NCBI GenBank assembly: GCA_030691775.1 | Contig: JAUYDN010000102.1 | Coordinates: 1 to 54,378, forward strand | Length of the DNA: 54,378 nucleotides | Reading direction: 5' to 3' | Source of the DNA: Dehalococcoidia bacterium | Lineage (GTDB): Bacteria > Chloroflexota > Dehalococcoidia > Dehalococcoidales > Fen-1064 | In this document: positions 33,635 through 42,966 of the stretch, piece by piece | Layout of the letters: each line of letters starts with the position of its first letter | Numbering within the stretch: the stretch's first letter is position 1 | The notes under the pieces: generated by a model | Database searches by the model: none | What the model was told of the DNA's origin: nothing | Seen by the model: the letters and a program-made list of their open reading frames with translations, nothing else | Made by a program: the position numbers and the translations under genes

Positions 33635-33790
33635 ATGGAATTTATTCTGATAAAAGAAAAGGAAACTCCAGGCACTTGGAGATTCAAAGAAAACAAAGAA
33701 GACCGTCCGATGACCATCTACCTATCTAAGGATCAGGTCAAGGAATTGGGTAACCCTAAGTCAATCAAAGTTACAATAACAGCGGCGTAG
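33635..33790 (+). CDS. Possible small protein, 51 aa (below the ORF-track cutoff)
   Basis: It encodes MEFILIKEKETPGTWRFKENKEDRPMTIYLSKDQVKELGNPKSIKVTITAA. No family was recognised and the RBS (GGTAATGAG) is weak. Confidence 0.3.
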   Translation: MEFILIKEKETPGTWRFKENKEDRPMTIYLSKDQVKELGNPKSIKVTITAA

Positions 33791-33986
33791 CTAACGTAGT
33801 AGTAAAGGTAAGCCCTTCCAGCGTTGTTTCCGGTATTGATTGACTCCCCCGTCCCCACCAGAAAAGCATTATTCCCTCAAATCGTAGCAGTGTTAATTCT
33901 GAGGCTAAACGGGATGTATGTATTGTGTTCATGTCTTTGAAAAGACTCTCCCCGGCGAAGACCGAAGAGCTCCAGGTATCGTCCCC

Positions 33987-34082
33987 TTTGGTGGGCATGG
34001 GGGGACAGTTCCCGAACTTCTGTTTGAGAAAAAAGGGCTGATTCCGGACTTGCAGCAGCTGCTTATCACATATGAATGCTAA
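33987..34082 (+). repeat. Copy 1 of a protein-level conserved direct repeat (3' end of a 55-codon ORF, 33918-34082)
   Basis: It encodes ..FGGHGGTVPELLFEKKGLIPDLQQLLITYEC*. Copy 2 at 35200-35304 encodes the same peptide core using different synonymous codons. Confidence 0.6.
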
Positions 34083-34226
34083 GTAACATAAGCCTATCAT
34101 ACAATGTGGCGCTGGTTAGGCACACATTAGTAAGTATAAGTTGACGGGAGCAATGCTTTAATTTAAGATTTGAGCAAGGTTAATTCATCTGAAGCTACTG
34201 AAGTACCGAATGCGGAGGGCTGAGTA

Positions 34227-34982
34227 ATGTCTGAGAAAATGTTCTGCCATCGCTGTAACGCATTGATTGAGGAACCGTCTGTCAATTCTCCAGGGCCGGA
34301 GTGGGTTAGATTCCATACCGGGCGTTGCCCAAAATGTGAGACTCCTCTGGAACACGCTGCTCCTTCCGGTGGGAAGTATACTGCTGGTAAATCAAGATTC
34401 GTGTCGGAACCTGATATGACATCTAAAGGTCCGAAACAAAATGGTGGATTTTTCGGTAAGTTGTTTGGTGGTGTAAGCAAAACCGAAGGAGAAACTAATA
34501 TCGTTACCGGTGGACATAAATTTGGACCGATTGGGGAAAAGAGGTTAAATATCGCCGCCAATCATGTTTGTCAGCAGTTACAACAGCATTTTGGGAAAGC
34601 TGTGAAACGGTTATCTGTGAGCGCAAGCCGCGACGTAGGGTTATGCCTTATTACCATAACTACTCGGAAGGGTACAGATGCAGGCATGTGCAAGCAAATC
34701 GGGGATACCGCAAATGCACTTCTTGATACCGAGGCTGCGCTTCAGCACTACGTTGATGATTTGGTTTTAGTGATTGGCAACCATAATTTGGTGGGCAGCA
34801 ATCAAGGATTCTTGGGGAGTGCACGTGAGGATGCCCGCACCATTGGTCAAAACATCTACAATCACTTCGGTCTGGCAGGGATGACGTATGTTTGCTCTAT
34901 CTTGGGAGAACTGTGGCCACATACTGGACTGATGCGTAGCCTTGAGGTCGCGTGGAATAGAATAGGAGGCTGGGCTTCTTAA
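34227..34982 (+). CDS. Hypothetical protein with an N-terminal zinc ribbon, 251 aa
   Basis: It has CHRCNALI..(23 aa)..CPKCETPL. The rest has no recognisable family. Confidence 0.5.
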   Translation: MSEKMFCHRCNALIEEPSVNSPGPEWVRFHTGRCPKCETPLEHAAPSGGKYTAGKSRFVSEPDMTSKGPKQNGGFFGKLFGGVSKTEGETNIVTGGHKFGPIGEKRLNIAANHVCQQLQQHFGKAVKRLSVSASRDVGLCLITITTRKGTDAGMCKQIGDTANALLDTEAALQHYVDDLVLVIGNHNLVGSNQGFLGSAREDARTIGQNIYNHFGLAGMTYVCSILGELWPHTGLMRSLEVAWNRIGGWAS

Positions 34983-35199
34983 TTCTAGAATTCTTCCTTC
35001 TGGTTCCTAAACGGGTAATCTGGTATGTTTGAGCCCAACTTAAGCAAGCTTGAAGCAAAAATTGGATCCCGTTGTTTACTCAAAAGCAAAGTGGTTTATT
35101 GATGAAATTATAAACCATGCTAGTGAAATCTGGAGAGCCAATTAGCAGTCTCATAATCTGTGCAAGCAGCTAGCTAACTTCTGCTAATTTTTGCAAGTG

Positions 35200-35304
35200 G
35201 TTGGTGGGCCATTCGGAACAGTCCCCGAACTTCTGTTTGAGAAGAAGCAATTAATACCGGCTTTGCAACAATTACTGATCGCAAGCCCTGATCCAACAGA
35301 GTAA
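35200..35304 (+). repeat. Copy 2 of the protein-level conserved direct repeat (no ATG; stop codon at 35185-35187 just upstream)
   Basis: It encodes VGGPFGTVPELLFEKKQLIPALQQLLIASPDPTE*, which aligns with 33987-34082. Confidence 0.6.
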
Positions 35305-35545
35305 CGTTTTGGCTGAGATCGGTTTAACCATAGTTCCAGTCCAGCAGAGTGGGAGGTACTGAGTCGCGAATGATTGGTCGGATTTGCGAAGGCGACCTTC
35401 CCAGTCCGAGCATCCTCACATTATCTTTGAGAATAATGCCGTAGATACTTTTCAATCGGAAACAATTACAAAAAACACAATATCAGATAGCTATCCAATC
35501 TAACATGGCGCCGTGGCGCCACCCACGAACAATGAAAATGGAGGT

Positions 35546-35685
35546 GTCATTCTGGAGCGAAGCGAAGAATCTCAGGGAGGTGCGATTTTCCCCCGCCACC
35601 AGATTCTTCGTCGTCCCGATAAAGTACAGGAGAATCGGGACTCCTCCAGAATGACAAGATAGACCATTTTCTAGGTAATTTCTAG
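35546..35685 (+). repeat. Palindromic composite repeat (short forward unit plus long reverse unit), copy A
   Basis: GTCATTCTGGAG..GAAGAATCTCAGGGAGG..CCACCAGATTCTTCGTCGTCC..GGGACTCCTCCAGAATGAC, followed by AAGATAGACCATTTTCTAGGTAA. The outer 12-nt arms are perfectly complementary. It lies 133 nt downstream of the 1377-aa gene. Confidence 0.8.
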
Positions 35686-35817
35686 GTAATCAGAACGCAT
35701 GCTTTTCGCCTCTGAAATTAATCATACCCCTGATAACTATGGTTGACAATATTATCAAATTAGGGCAAAACAAATAGCGCGCGTGAGAAATAAAGCCAGG
35801 AAGTCAGTTGGCACGGT

Positions 35818-38800
35818 TTAACGGTGGACTTCTTCGACCCTGTTGTGACTAAACCTGATTAGTTCCGCCAGGTCGCTGAGGCGGGCGGCGTTGTTCGATT
35901 CCAGAAAACCATCATAAGTGAGACTAATCCAGGGTTTCTGGTACACAGCACTGAACTTGTCTGCCATCGCCGCCACGATGCCACCGGGCATACAACCGTG
36001 AGGCATCACCGAAATGACACCGGCAAAACGCGAGTGCTCCATCCAGTGGATACCGGTACCGATACTGAGGACGGCCTCACTGCCACACCTCGGCGACAGG
36101 TAATGTGCCGACTTCTCCAGAATCTCCCCAGTAGTAAGTTCTTCGCCGTCCAGCATCATGCGGAAGGGTTGTGTAACCCGCCTTGCATCGTGCTCCTGGA
36201 CGAACTTCTTGATATAGCTCTTCAATACCTTTTTTAAGTCCCGGTTCTTGATGGCATCTTCGAGGTTACGGTAGGACGTGTACTCTATCCACTCGCTGAT
36301 GGGTGCTACCATGACTTCGAGACCGGCACCCTCGCACGCTTTCACCAGGTCGCTGTTCGCGAAGCGGTTACTGCGCAGGAAGATTTCACCGTTTATCCCG
36401 ACCAGCGGCCTGCGAGGCTGGTCAGTGTCGACAAGCGCATCGAAGTCGTTACCTGCCTGCCGTAAAACCTCTTCCCAGTTTTCTTTCCGGCGGATTGAAT
36501 CGCAAATCCTGGTGAGGTATCCATCGAAGAGTGCCTCTGCTGAACCAATACTTTTTTCGTAAGGACGCGTACGCCACAGCAATCTCTGTAAGCGGTCGAC
36601 GGCAACGATGCCGCTCCAGATAAGGCGCTCGAACCGGACACCCAGGTTAAAATCACGGTAGGCGTTGTTGGAAACCGTCGTGCGGATGGGCAGGTCGAAG
36701 CCGATTCCCCGCAGTATTCTGCCCTGCTCCACCGGGTACTTACCCAGACGGCATGGACCGTAACTGCCGGTCATCAGTCCCTCGACGTTTATCGTGTCGG
36801 TGCCGTGGTCATAATAGTACCGCATAAAATCTCCGAGCGTGATACGGTAAGGGAGACACTCCGTTCCAGACGTTACCTGGTTAGCATAAAGTAGATTCCT
36901 TTCGTCAGCTTCGGGGAGCACCCGGGCTTTCGCTCCCAGCGCCTGCATTGCCGCCCCCATGATTTCGGCGTGGGGAGCCATACGCGGTATCAACAGCGTT
37001 TTCTGCGATTTGCCGAGCGGCGATGCCACCCGGTAAATGTCCTGCAAGCGTATCTCCGGTGCTCTGGTAGAGCGGGAATAGCCGGTAATCGTATCGACAA
37101 ATGCCTCCAACCGTGTCACAATGCCGGCTTCGGCGGCGTGTTCATCGATTTCCAGTTGTCCCATTGGTTTCTGACCCATGATGTCTTCCAGCATCTTCAG
37201 GATGAATGAATTGGGACCACAGCCGAAGTTGGTCAGCACCAGTCCGTACAATCCAGAGGTGTGTGCAATTAGCGAAGCGGCGGCGATGAATTTACTCTCG
37301 CACGACCAGTACGGGCGGTCGGAGTATTTTAAGGGGTCCTCATCAGCCAGAGGTAAGAAATCAATCGGTATAGGGACCACACCCAACTGCGCCAGTTTTT
37401 CCGCCACACCCAGATTGGCGCCCGGGTCCTGTGACATGTACGAACGGGAGATGATGACCACACCGGTCTTGCCATTTTCCCGTAACTCGTTCAGTCTCTG
37501 TTTACCAAGTTTAGCCACATCACTTTCAAACCGCCGCTGTGCTTCAAGCCCTGCAAGTGCGGCCGCTTTTCCCCGGGCACGGTTGAATCCCATTTTCACG
37601 GCGGCTTGAGCAAAGCTTTCCAGCATCTCTGCTTCACCGCGACTGAAATCGATAACCGGGATAATGACCTTATCATCCAGGCCGAGAACCTGCCGGATAA
37701 TGTACGGGGATGCCTGCACGAGAGGACAGGAATATTTCTGATTCATTTCGCTCTCCGTCACACCAAGCCGGATGGCGGAAGGATAAAGGATGAAGTCGGC
37801 ATTTTTGAGTGTGGCGGTATGGCCATGCAGGAGCTTGAGGGGGAAACAACTATCGCTGTAACCCAGCTCGATTGAGCGCGCGATTGTCTCCGCGGTAGTC
37901 CTTCCAGAAAGCACTACTTTAACGCCGAGGGAATTCAAAAACCCAATGAGTAGAGGAGCGTAATCGTGCGCAAAAAGCGCGTAAGGGACGCCGACTGCCA
38001 GGTCCGTCCCCACGTCTTCTCTGTAATCCTGCAGGAGCAACTGCTCCCGTTCATCGAAGAGCGTCTGCATCTTCGCGTGGCTGAGCGTGCCGTCATAACG
38101 GTCGCAACGGCTTCCATAATACGTAGATTGCTCACCTGGAATGCGCATACGGGCAATGGTACAGTTGTTGTCACACCCCTGGCAGATAAACGTGGACATA
38201 GCGCATTCACTATCGACGAGGTACTGGAAACCCTTGAACGTCGATGTTTTTCCAGCCATGGTCTCCCGGGCAAGTAGTGCCGCTCCGATGGCTCCGCTGA
38301 CCTCCCTGTGCTCGGCTACCGTAAGCTTCTTGCCCCTCAGCTCTTGCTGAAATGCAGAAACAACCGCCTCGTTATAAAACACCGCCCCGGTGAGAATAAT
38401 CTTATTTCCGAGCTTACGCGTTCCCACGACCTTGGAAAGATAGTTCTTGGTTACGGAGCGTGCCAGGCTGGCAGTGATTACTTCAAGAGGTACACCCTCC
38501 TGCTGGGCGGATGCGACGGCTTGCCCCATAAACGCCGCGCACCTCGTGCCCAGGTCGATGGTATGGGGTGCTTTAAAAGCCAGCTTCGCGAAGTCGCCGT
38601 TATTCGTGGAAACCCCCAGCATCTCCCCGAGTTCATCCAGGAAACTACCCGTGCCCGCAGCGCAGGCTTTGTTCATATGGTAATCAACCACCACGCTCTT
38701 GCGCTTGATGACCAGCTTGGCGTCCTGCCCGCCGATTTCAATAATGTCCGCCTCCGGGTCGAGCTCTTCGGCCGCCCGCGTTTGCGCTGTTATCTCGTTC

Positions 38801-39951
38801 TTTATCAGGTCGGCGCCGATGAAACTGCCCACCAGGTATCTTCCCGAACCCGTGACCCCAGCCCCCGCGATTTTCACTTTGCCCGCGCCCGCATCGAGCA
38901 GATTCTGAAGGACGCGTTTTACGGCTTCGATGGGTTTGCCCGCTGTCATGATGTAGCTTTTTGCGAGCAGTTTTTTGCCGGATACATCCATCAGCACCGC
39001 TTTGGTGCTCGTTGAGCCGATGTCCACGCCCAGATATGCCGTGCAGGATGCCTCGATTCTCAAGCTGGCTCCATTATGTGAAACATTTACGCGCTCCAGT
39101 CGAGGCATTTCAAAGTAGCATTTTGCCGTAGCTTCTGCTGTTGTTTGATGCTTCACGGTTTTTTTGCTTTGTGCCAGCACCGCCGCACCGATTGCCTGGA
39201 TATGAAGGGCGTTTTCAGGGACTACAACTTCGACCGTATGCCCGTTCCTTTCTGAAATAGCATCGCTGAGCGCTTTGACAATGGCACGGTTGACCGCCAC
39301 GCCCCCGACGAGGTACACCGGTTCGGCGAATTCTCCGCGGTGAAGAGAGATAACCATCCGCGCGATGCTTTCACACAGGGCATATAACATTGCCACCACC
39401 GGCACGCCTTTCTGCTGAAGGTGAATGAGGTCGCTTTTAGCGAAGACGCTACAGCGTGCCGCAATGCGTGGCGGCCGTCCCTCGCATTTCATTGCCAGTT
39501 CGGCAAAATCTGCGAGGCTGATACCCAGGCGGTACGCCTGTTGCTCGAGGAACCGGCCGGTACCGGCGGCGCAGAGCGGGTTGGAAGTAACTTTCCACGG
39601 TTTTTTCAGCCCGTCTTCCAGCCTGATGACGAGTGATGTCTGCCCGCCAATCTGCAGTATCGTCTTCGCTTCAGGATGAAAATGGAGCAGACCCGCCGAA
39701 ATTGCCAGCGCGCTACTGTACTCAGCCCAGTTAAACCCGTTTGCAGCTGACTTACCGGAACCGGAGATACCGGTGCTCGTGATAGCACTGAGGTCGAATT
39801 CTATCCCTGAGCGAGATATGAGCGAATCGACGGCAGTTTTCGAGTCGGATACTATCTTCTCTGTATCGAGACGGATGATACATCCAGCCCCATCGAGGAG
39901 TGCTAGTTTGACACTGGTAGAACCGGCATCGATACCCAGAGAATATGGCAT
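35818..39951 (-). CDS. Acyl-CoA dehydratase activase-related fusion protein: two BcrAD/BadFG-type ATPase (activase) modules plus HgdA/B-like and DUF2229-like regions, 1377 aa
   Basis: There are two actin-fold ATPase starts (LGIDAGSTSVKLAL and YLGVDIGSTSTKAVL), each with a C..GTG pattern typical of 2-hydroxyacyl-CoA dehydratase activators. A long C-terminal region is dehydratase-component-like. Confidence 0.8.
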   Translation of the reverse strand: MPYSLGIDAGSTSVKLALLDGAGCIIRLDTEKIVSDSKTAVDSLISRSGIEFDLSAITSTGISGSGKSAANGFNWAEYSSALAISAGLLHFHPEAKTILQIGGQTSLVIRLEDGLKKPWKVTSNPLCAAGTGRFLEQQAYRLGISLADFAELAMKCEGRPPRIAARCSVFAKSDLIHLQQKGVPVVAMLYALCESIARMVISLHRGEFAEPVYLVGGVAVNRAIVKALSDAISERNGHTVEVVVPENALHIQAIGAAVLAQSKKTVKHQTTAEATAKCYFEMPRLERVNVSHNGASLRIEASCTAYLGVDIGSTSTKAVLMDVSGKKLLAKSYIMTAGKPIEAVKRVLQNLLDAGAGKVKIAGAGVTGSGRYLVGSFIGADLIKNEITAQTRAAEELDPEADIIEIGGQDAKLVIKRKSVVVDYHMNKACAAGTGSFLDELGEMLGVSTNNGDFAKLAFKAPHTIDLGTRCAAFMGQAVASAQQEGVPLEVITASLARSVTKNYLSKVVGTRKLGNKIILTGAVFYNEAVVSAFQQELRGKKLTVAEHREVSGAIGAALLARETMAGKTSTFKGFQYLVDSECAMSTFICQGCDNNCTIARMRIPGEQSTYYGSRCDRYDGTLSHAKMQTLFDEREQLLLQDYREDVGTDLAVGVPYALFAHDYAPLLIGFLNSLGVKVVLSGRTTAETIARSIELGYSDSCFPLKLLHGHTATLKNADFILYPSAIRLGVTESEMNQKYSCPLVQASPYIIRQVLGLDDKVIIPVIDFSRGEAEMLESFAQAAVKMGFNRARGKAAALAGLEAQRRFESDVAKLGKQRLNELRENGKTGVVIISRSYMSQDPGANLGVAEKLAQLGVVPIPIDFLPLADEDPLKYSDRPYWSCESKFIAAASLIAHTSGLYGLVLTNFGCGPNSFILKMLEDIMGQKPMGQLEIDEHAAEAGIVTRLEAFVDTITGYSRSTRAPEIRLQDIYRVASPLGKSQKTLLIPRMAPHAEIMGAAMQALGAKARVLPEADERNLLYANQVTSGTECLPYRITLGDFMRYYYDHGTDTINVEGLMTGSYGPCRLGKYPVEQGRILRGIGFDLPIRTTVSNNAYRDFNLGVRFERLIWSGIVAVDRLQRLLWRTRPYEKSIGSAEALFDGYLTRICDSIRRKENWEEVLRQAGNDFDALVDTDQPRRPLVGINGEIFLRSNRFANSDLVKACEGAGLEVMVAPISEWIEYTSYRNLEDAIKNRDLKKVLKSYIKKFVQEHDARRVTQPFRMMLDGEELTTGEILEKSAHYLSPRCGSEAVLSIGTGIHWMEHSRFAGVISVMPHGCMPGGIVAAMADKFSAVYQKPWISLTYDGFLESNNAARLSDLAELIRFSHNRVEEVHR

Positions 39952-40047
39952 ACTAAAATTGTAACAGAATACGCGAGTATAGAGAAATCCATGCTTAGAG
40001 TGGGGTTAGTAATGTTATTTGTCATTACCCTGAAAATACCGGTTATT

Positions 40048-40232
40048 GTCATTCTGGAGCCCTTCATAATCGCTCAGGGTAAACTCCGCGAAGAATCTCA
40101 GGGAGGGGCGATTTTCCCCCGCCACCAGATTCTTCCCTTCGGCTTCGCTCAGGGCAAGCTGTCATCCCGATAAAGTATGGGAGAATCGGGACTCCTCCAG
40201 AATGACAAGATAGAGTCCATTTTCTAAGTAAA
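40048..40232 (+). repeat. Palindromic composite repeat, copy B (same orientation as copy A, with two internal insertions)
   Basis: It has the same ends and core as 35546-35685, including the trailing AAGATAGAGTCCATTTTCTAAGTAA. It lies 96 nt upstream of the 1377-aa gene start. Confidence 0.8.
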
Positions 40233-40371
40233 TTCCAAAAAATCATAACCAAACCTGGCGAAGTGTCTTGTTACTCTAATTTCCCTTGTTTTTCTGGTTA
40301 TTCGAATTTTGTTGGTTATTGTATCCTGAATCGAGTTCAGGACAAGCCTTGTGATTTGGTATCTTGACCGG

Positions 40372-41085
40372 TTATAACCCGCCGAACCGCCGGTTTCTCT
40401 TACCGTAGGCGGTAAGCGCCAGGTCGATATCCTGCTTGCCGAAGTCGGGCCAGAGCACATCCGTAAAATAGTATTCACTGTAAGCGGTCTGCCAGATAAG
40501 GAAGTTACTCAGACGGGTCTCGTCACCGGTGCGGATAAGCAGGTCGACATCCGGCATGCCGGCGGTGTAAAGATAGCTGGCGAAAGTCTTTTCATCGAGC
40601 GCTCCCGGTTTAATTTTACTGGTCATCAACTGCGCCGCCGCATTCACAATCTCCGTCCGCCCGCCATAGTTCCAGGCAATGCCGAGTACCATACCGGTAT
40701 TGCTCCTGGTGTGCTCCACGGACTTTTTGATAGCGGATTGTAACACCGCCGGTAGCCCCTGTAGTCTTCCGATATGCCGGATTTTGATGTTACGCTCGTG
40801 GATTTCTTCCAGGTGTTCTTCCACAAACTTCTCTACGAGACCGAAGAGTCCTTTCACTTCGGTCTGCGGACGGGTCCAGTTCTCCGTGGAAAAACCGTAG
40901 AAGGTCACAAACGGGATGGGGTATTCGTTGATATACTGTATCATCTTGAGCATGTTCAGTATGCCCGCCCGGTGTCCCAGCATGCGGGGGAGACCACGCT
41001 TTTGCGCCCAGCGGCCATTGCCATCAGGCACAATGGCAACGTGAGCAGGTAAGCTCTTGAATTTCTCGGTGGAGGACTTCATCAC
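40372..41085 (-). CDS. uppS: Isoprenyl transferase (undecaprenyl-diphosphate synthase), 237 aa
   Basis: It has HVAIVPDGNGRWA, GHRAG and FSTENW..RP..EV, with a C-terminal RRFGG. Confidence 0.9.
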   Translation of the reverse strand: MMKSSTEKFKSLPAHVAIVPDGNGRWAQKRGLPRMLGHRAGILNMLKMIQYINEYPIPFVTFYGFSTENWTRPQTEVKGLFGLVEKFVEEHLEEIHERNIKIRHIGRLQGLPAVLQSAIKKSVEHTRSNTGMVLGIAWNYGGRTEIVNAAAQLMTSKIKPGALDEKTFASYLYTAGMPDVDLLIRTGDETRLSNFLIWQTAYSEYYFTDVLWPDFGKQDIDLALTAYGKRNRRFGGL

Positions 41086-41107
41086 GGTTTAGAAATCGGA
41101 GGGGAGG

Positions 41108-41668
41108 CTACACCTCCATAACCTCTTTTTCTTTATCCTTACCCGCTTGCTCCATGCGGGCGATACAGGCATCCGTCAGTTTCTGAAGCTGGTTCAGGAG
41201 TTGTTTCCCCTCGTCCTGGGAGATTTCTTTATTCTTCTCCTCTGCCTTCAATTCCTCATGAGCATCGCGCCGGATGTTGCGCAGGGCTATTTTACCCTCC
41301 TCGATACGCCGCCGCACTACTTTCAATAGTTCCTGGCGGCGCTCTTCACTGAGCGGTGGGATATTGATACGTATCATGCGGCCATCGTTAACCGGCGTGA
41401 GGCTGAGGTCAGATTTCAGGATGGCTTTTTCAATAGAGTTCATAACCGATTTGTCCCAGGGAGTGACGGCGAGCATACTGGCGGACGGTGTGGTGATGGT
41501 CGCGAGCTGATTGAGCGGCAAAACCGTGCCGGAGTAGTCCACCCGGAGGTGTTCGATAAGCGCTGGTGAGGCTCGCCCGGTACGTATGGTGGTAAGTTCA
41601 CGCTGGATTGCGTCCAATGACTTACGCATCCTCTGCTCGGCGGCATTTATCGTTGGATTGTCAGCCAT
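41108..41668 (-). CDS. frr: Ribosome recycling factor, 186 aa
   Basis: The protein reads RTGRASPALIEHLRVDYSGT..PLNQLA.I..P..R...I.PWD, a conserved family signature, and the gene sits in the conserved operon position. Confidence 0.95.
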   Translation of the reverse strand: MADNPTINAAEQRMRKSLDAIQRELTTIRTGRASPALIEHLRVDYSGTVLPLNQLATITTPSASMLAVTPWDKSVMNSIEKAILKSDLSLTPVNDGRMIRINIPPLSEERRQELLKVVRRRIEEGKIALRNIRRDAHEELKAEEKNKEISQDEGKQLLNQLQKLTDACIARMEQAGKDKEKEVMEV

Positions 41669-41672
41669 TATC

Positions 41673-42395
41673 TTAACCCCCGGTTACAATAGTACCAATG
41701 GGTTCGCCCATCACCACGCGCACAATGCTATTCTCTCCCTGGAAATCAAAAACGATGATGGGTAATTTGTTTTCCATGCAAAGAGAAAGCGTGGTAGTGT
41801 CCATAACTGCCAGCCTGAGATTGATAGCTTCCAGATAGGTGAGATGGTCGAATTTCTTAGCATTAGGGTCTTTACGCGGGTCGGCGTTATAAATGCCGTC
41901 AACATTGTTTTTACTCATTAAGAGTGCATCGGCCTCAATTTCGATGGCACGCAATGCGGATGCAGTGTCTGTTGTCATATAAGGGTTCCCGGTACCCGCC
42001 GCTAAGATGACAACCCTGCCTTTTTCCAGGTGACGGATAGCGCGGCGGCGGATATATGGTTCGGCAACCTTCTGCACGTCGATGGCGGTCTGGGTACGGG
42101 TGACAACGCCAATCTTCTCCAGTGCATCCTGTAGAATCAGCGCATTGATAATGGTACCCAGCATACCAGCGTAATCCGCGGTGACTCTATCAACGCCCAG
42201 TTTCGCCGCTTCAGCGCCGCGCAGGATATTACCACTTCCCACAACAATGCCTACCTGCACGCCCATTGCGACGACTTGTTTTATCTGGAGGGAAATCGTA
42301 CTTACAGTGGCGGGGTCGATAACATGAGTAGAATTGCCTTTGAAGGCTTCACCACTAAGTTTAAGCACGATACGCTTGTACTTGGGCGTTGTCAT
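41673..42395 (-). CDS. pyrH: UMP kinase, 240 aa
   Basis: It has [29 protein letters not shown] and [19 protein letters not shown]. Confidence 0.95.
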   Translation of the reverse strand: MTTPKYKRIVLKLSGEAFKGNSTHVIDPATVSTISLQIKQVVAMGVQVGIVVGSGNILRGAEAAKLGVDRVTADYAGMLGTIINALILQDALEKIGVVTRTQTAIDVQKVAEPYIRRRAIRHLEKGRVVILAAGTGNPYMTTDTASALRAIEIEADALLMSKNNVDGIYNADPRKDPNAKKFDHLTYLEAINLRLAVMDTTTLSLCMENKLPIIVFDFQGENSIVRVVMGEPIGTIVTGG

Positions 42396-42438
42396 CGGGA
42401 GCCACCTTCTGAAGCGTCGGTATGAAAAAGAAGGACTG

Positions 42439-42966
42439 CTAGACTCCTGCTATCCTGGCTTCTACCGCGCCCAGCTCAAACCGGGCAAAACGGTTGACCT
42501 TGATATTCTCGCCGGTCCTGGCAATTACCTCGTTAATCAGGTCCTGGATTGTCATCGTGGGATTTTTAATGAATGGCTGGAGTAGAAGGCAGGCAACTTC
42601 CGGTGGGACATCGCTGTCCTTGTGCATTTTGTCCTGGGAAATGCACAGGGGTTCCTGTGCCGCTACTTGCATCGCGATGTTATGGGCAAGTTCTTTAAAG
42701 ACATCGGTACGCGCAACAAAGTCGGTCTCACAATTTAACTCGACCATAGCGCCAATTCTACCACCGGTATGTATATAGTTCTCAATGACGCCCTGTTTGA
42801 CAACACGTTCCGCCTTCTTCTGTGCGTGGTACAGGGCTTGTTTCTTCAGAAACTCAACAGCTTTTGCAATATCGCCACTCGTTTCAAGGAGAGCGCGGCG
42901 GCAGTCCATTACACCTGCGCCGGATATTTCTCTGAGTTCTTTGATTTGTACGGCTGTTACATCCAT
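42439..42966 (-). CDS. tsf: Elongation factor Ts (short form), 175 aa
   Basis: It has the N-terminal UBA-like [30 protein letters not shown] and [20 protein letters not shown]. The ATG directly follows the rpsB stop (TAGATG). Confidence 0.9.
   Translation of the reverse strand: MDVTAVQIKELREISGAGVMDCRRALLETSGDIAKAVEFLKKQALYHAQKKAERVVKQGVIENYIHTGGRIGAMVELNCETDFVARTDVFKELAHNIAMQVAAQEPLCISQDKMHKDSDVPPEVACLLLQPFIKNPTMTIQDLINEVIARTGENIKVNRFARFELGAVEARIAGV

Noticed and set aside
36278-39015. Several 80-235-aa plus-strand ORFs inside the 1377-aa gene, and similar antisense ORFs inside the methyltransferase (15216-15653), helicase, carboxyltransferase and NuoF genes
   Set aside because: These are typical long antisense frames of GC-rich or codon-biased genes. 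None has an RBS or a recognisable domain, and each is fully contained in a well-supported gene.
42439-42966. EF-Ts looks short (175 aa), suggesting truncation
   Set aside because: The ORF is intact, directly coupled to rpsB (TAGATG), and retains the N-terminal UBA-like and core motifs. Short EF-Ts forms exist in several lineages.
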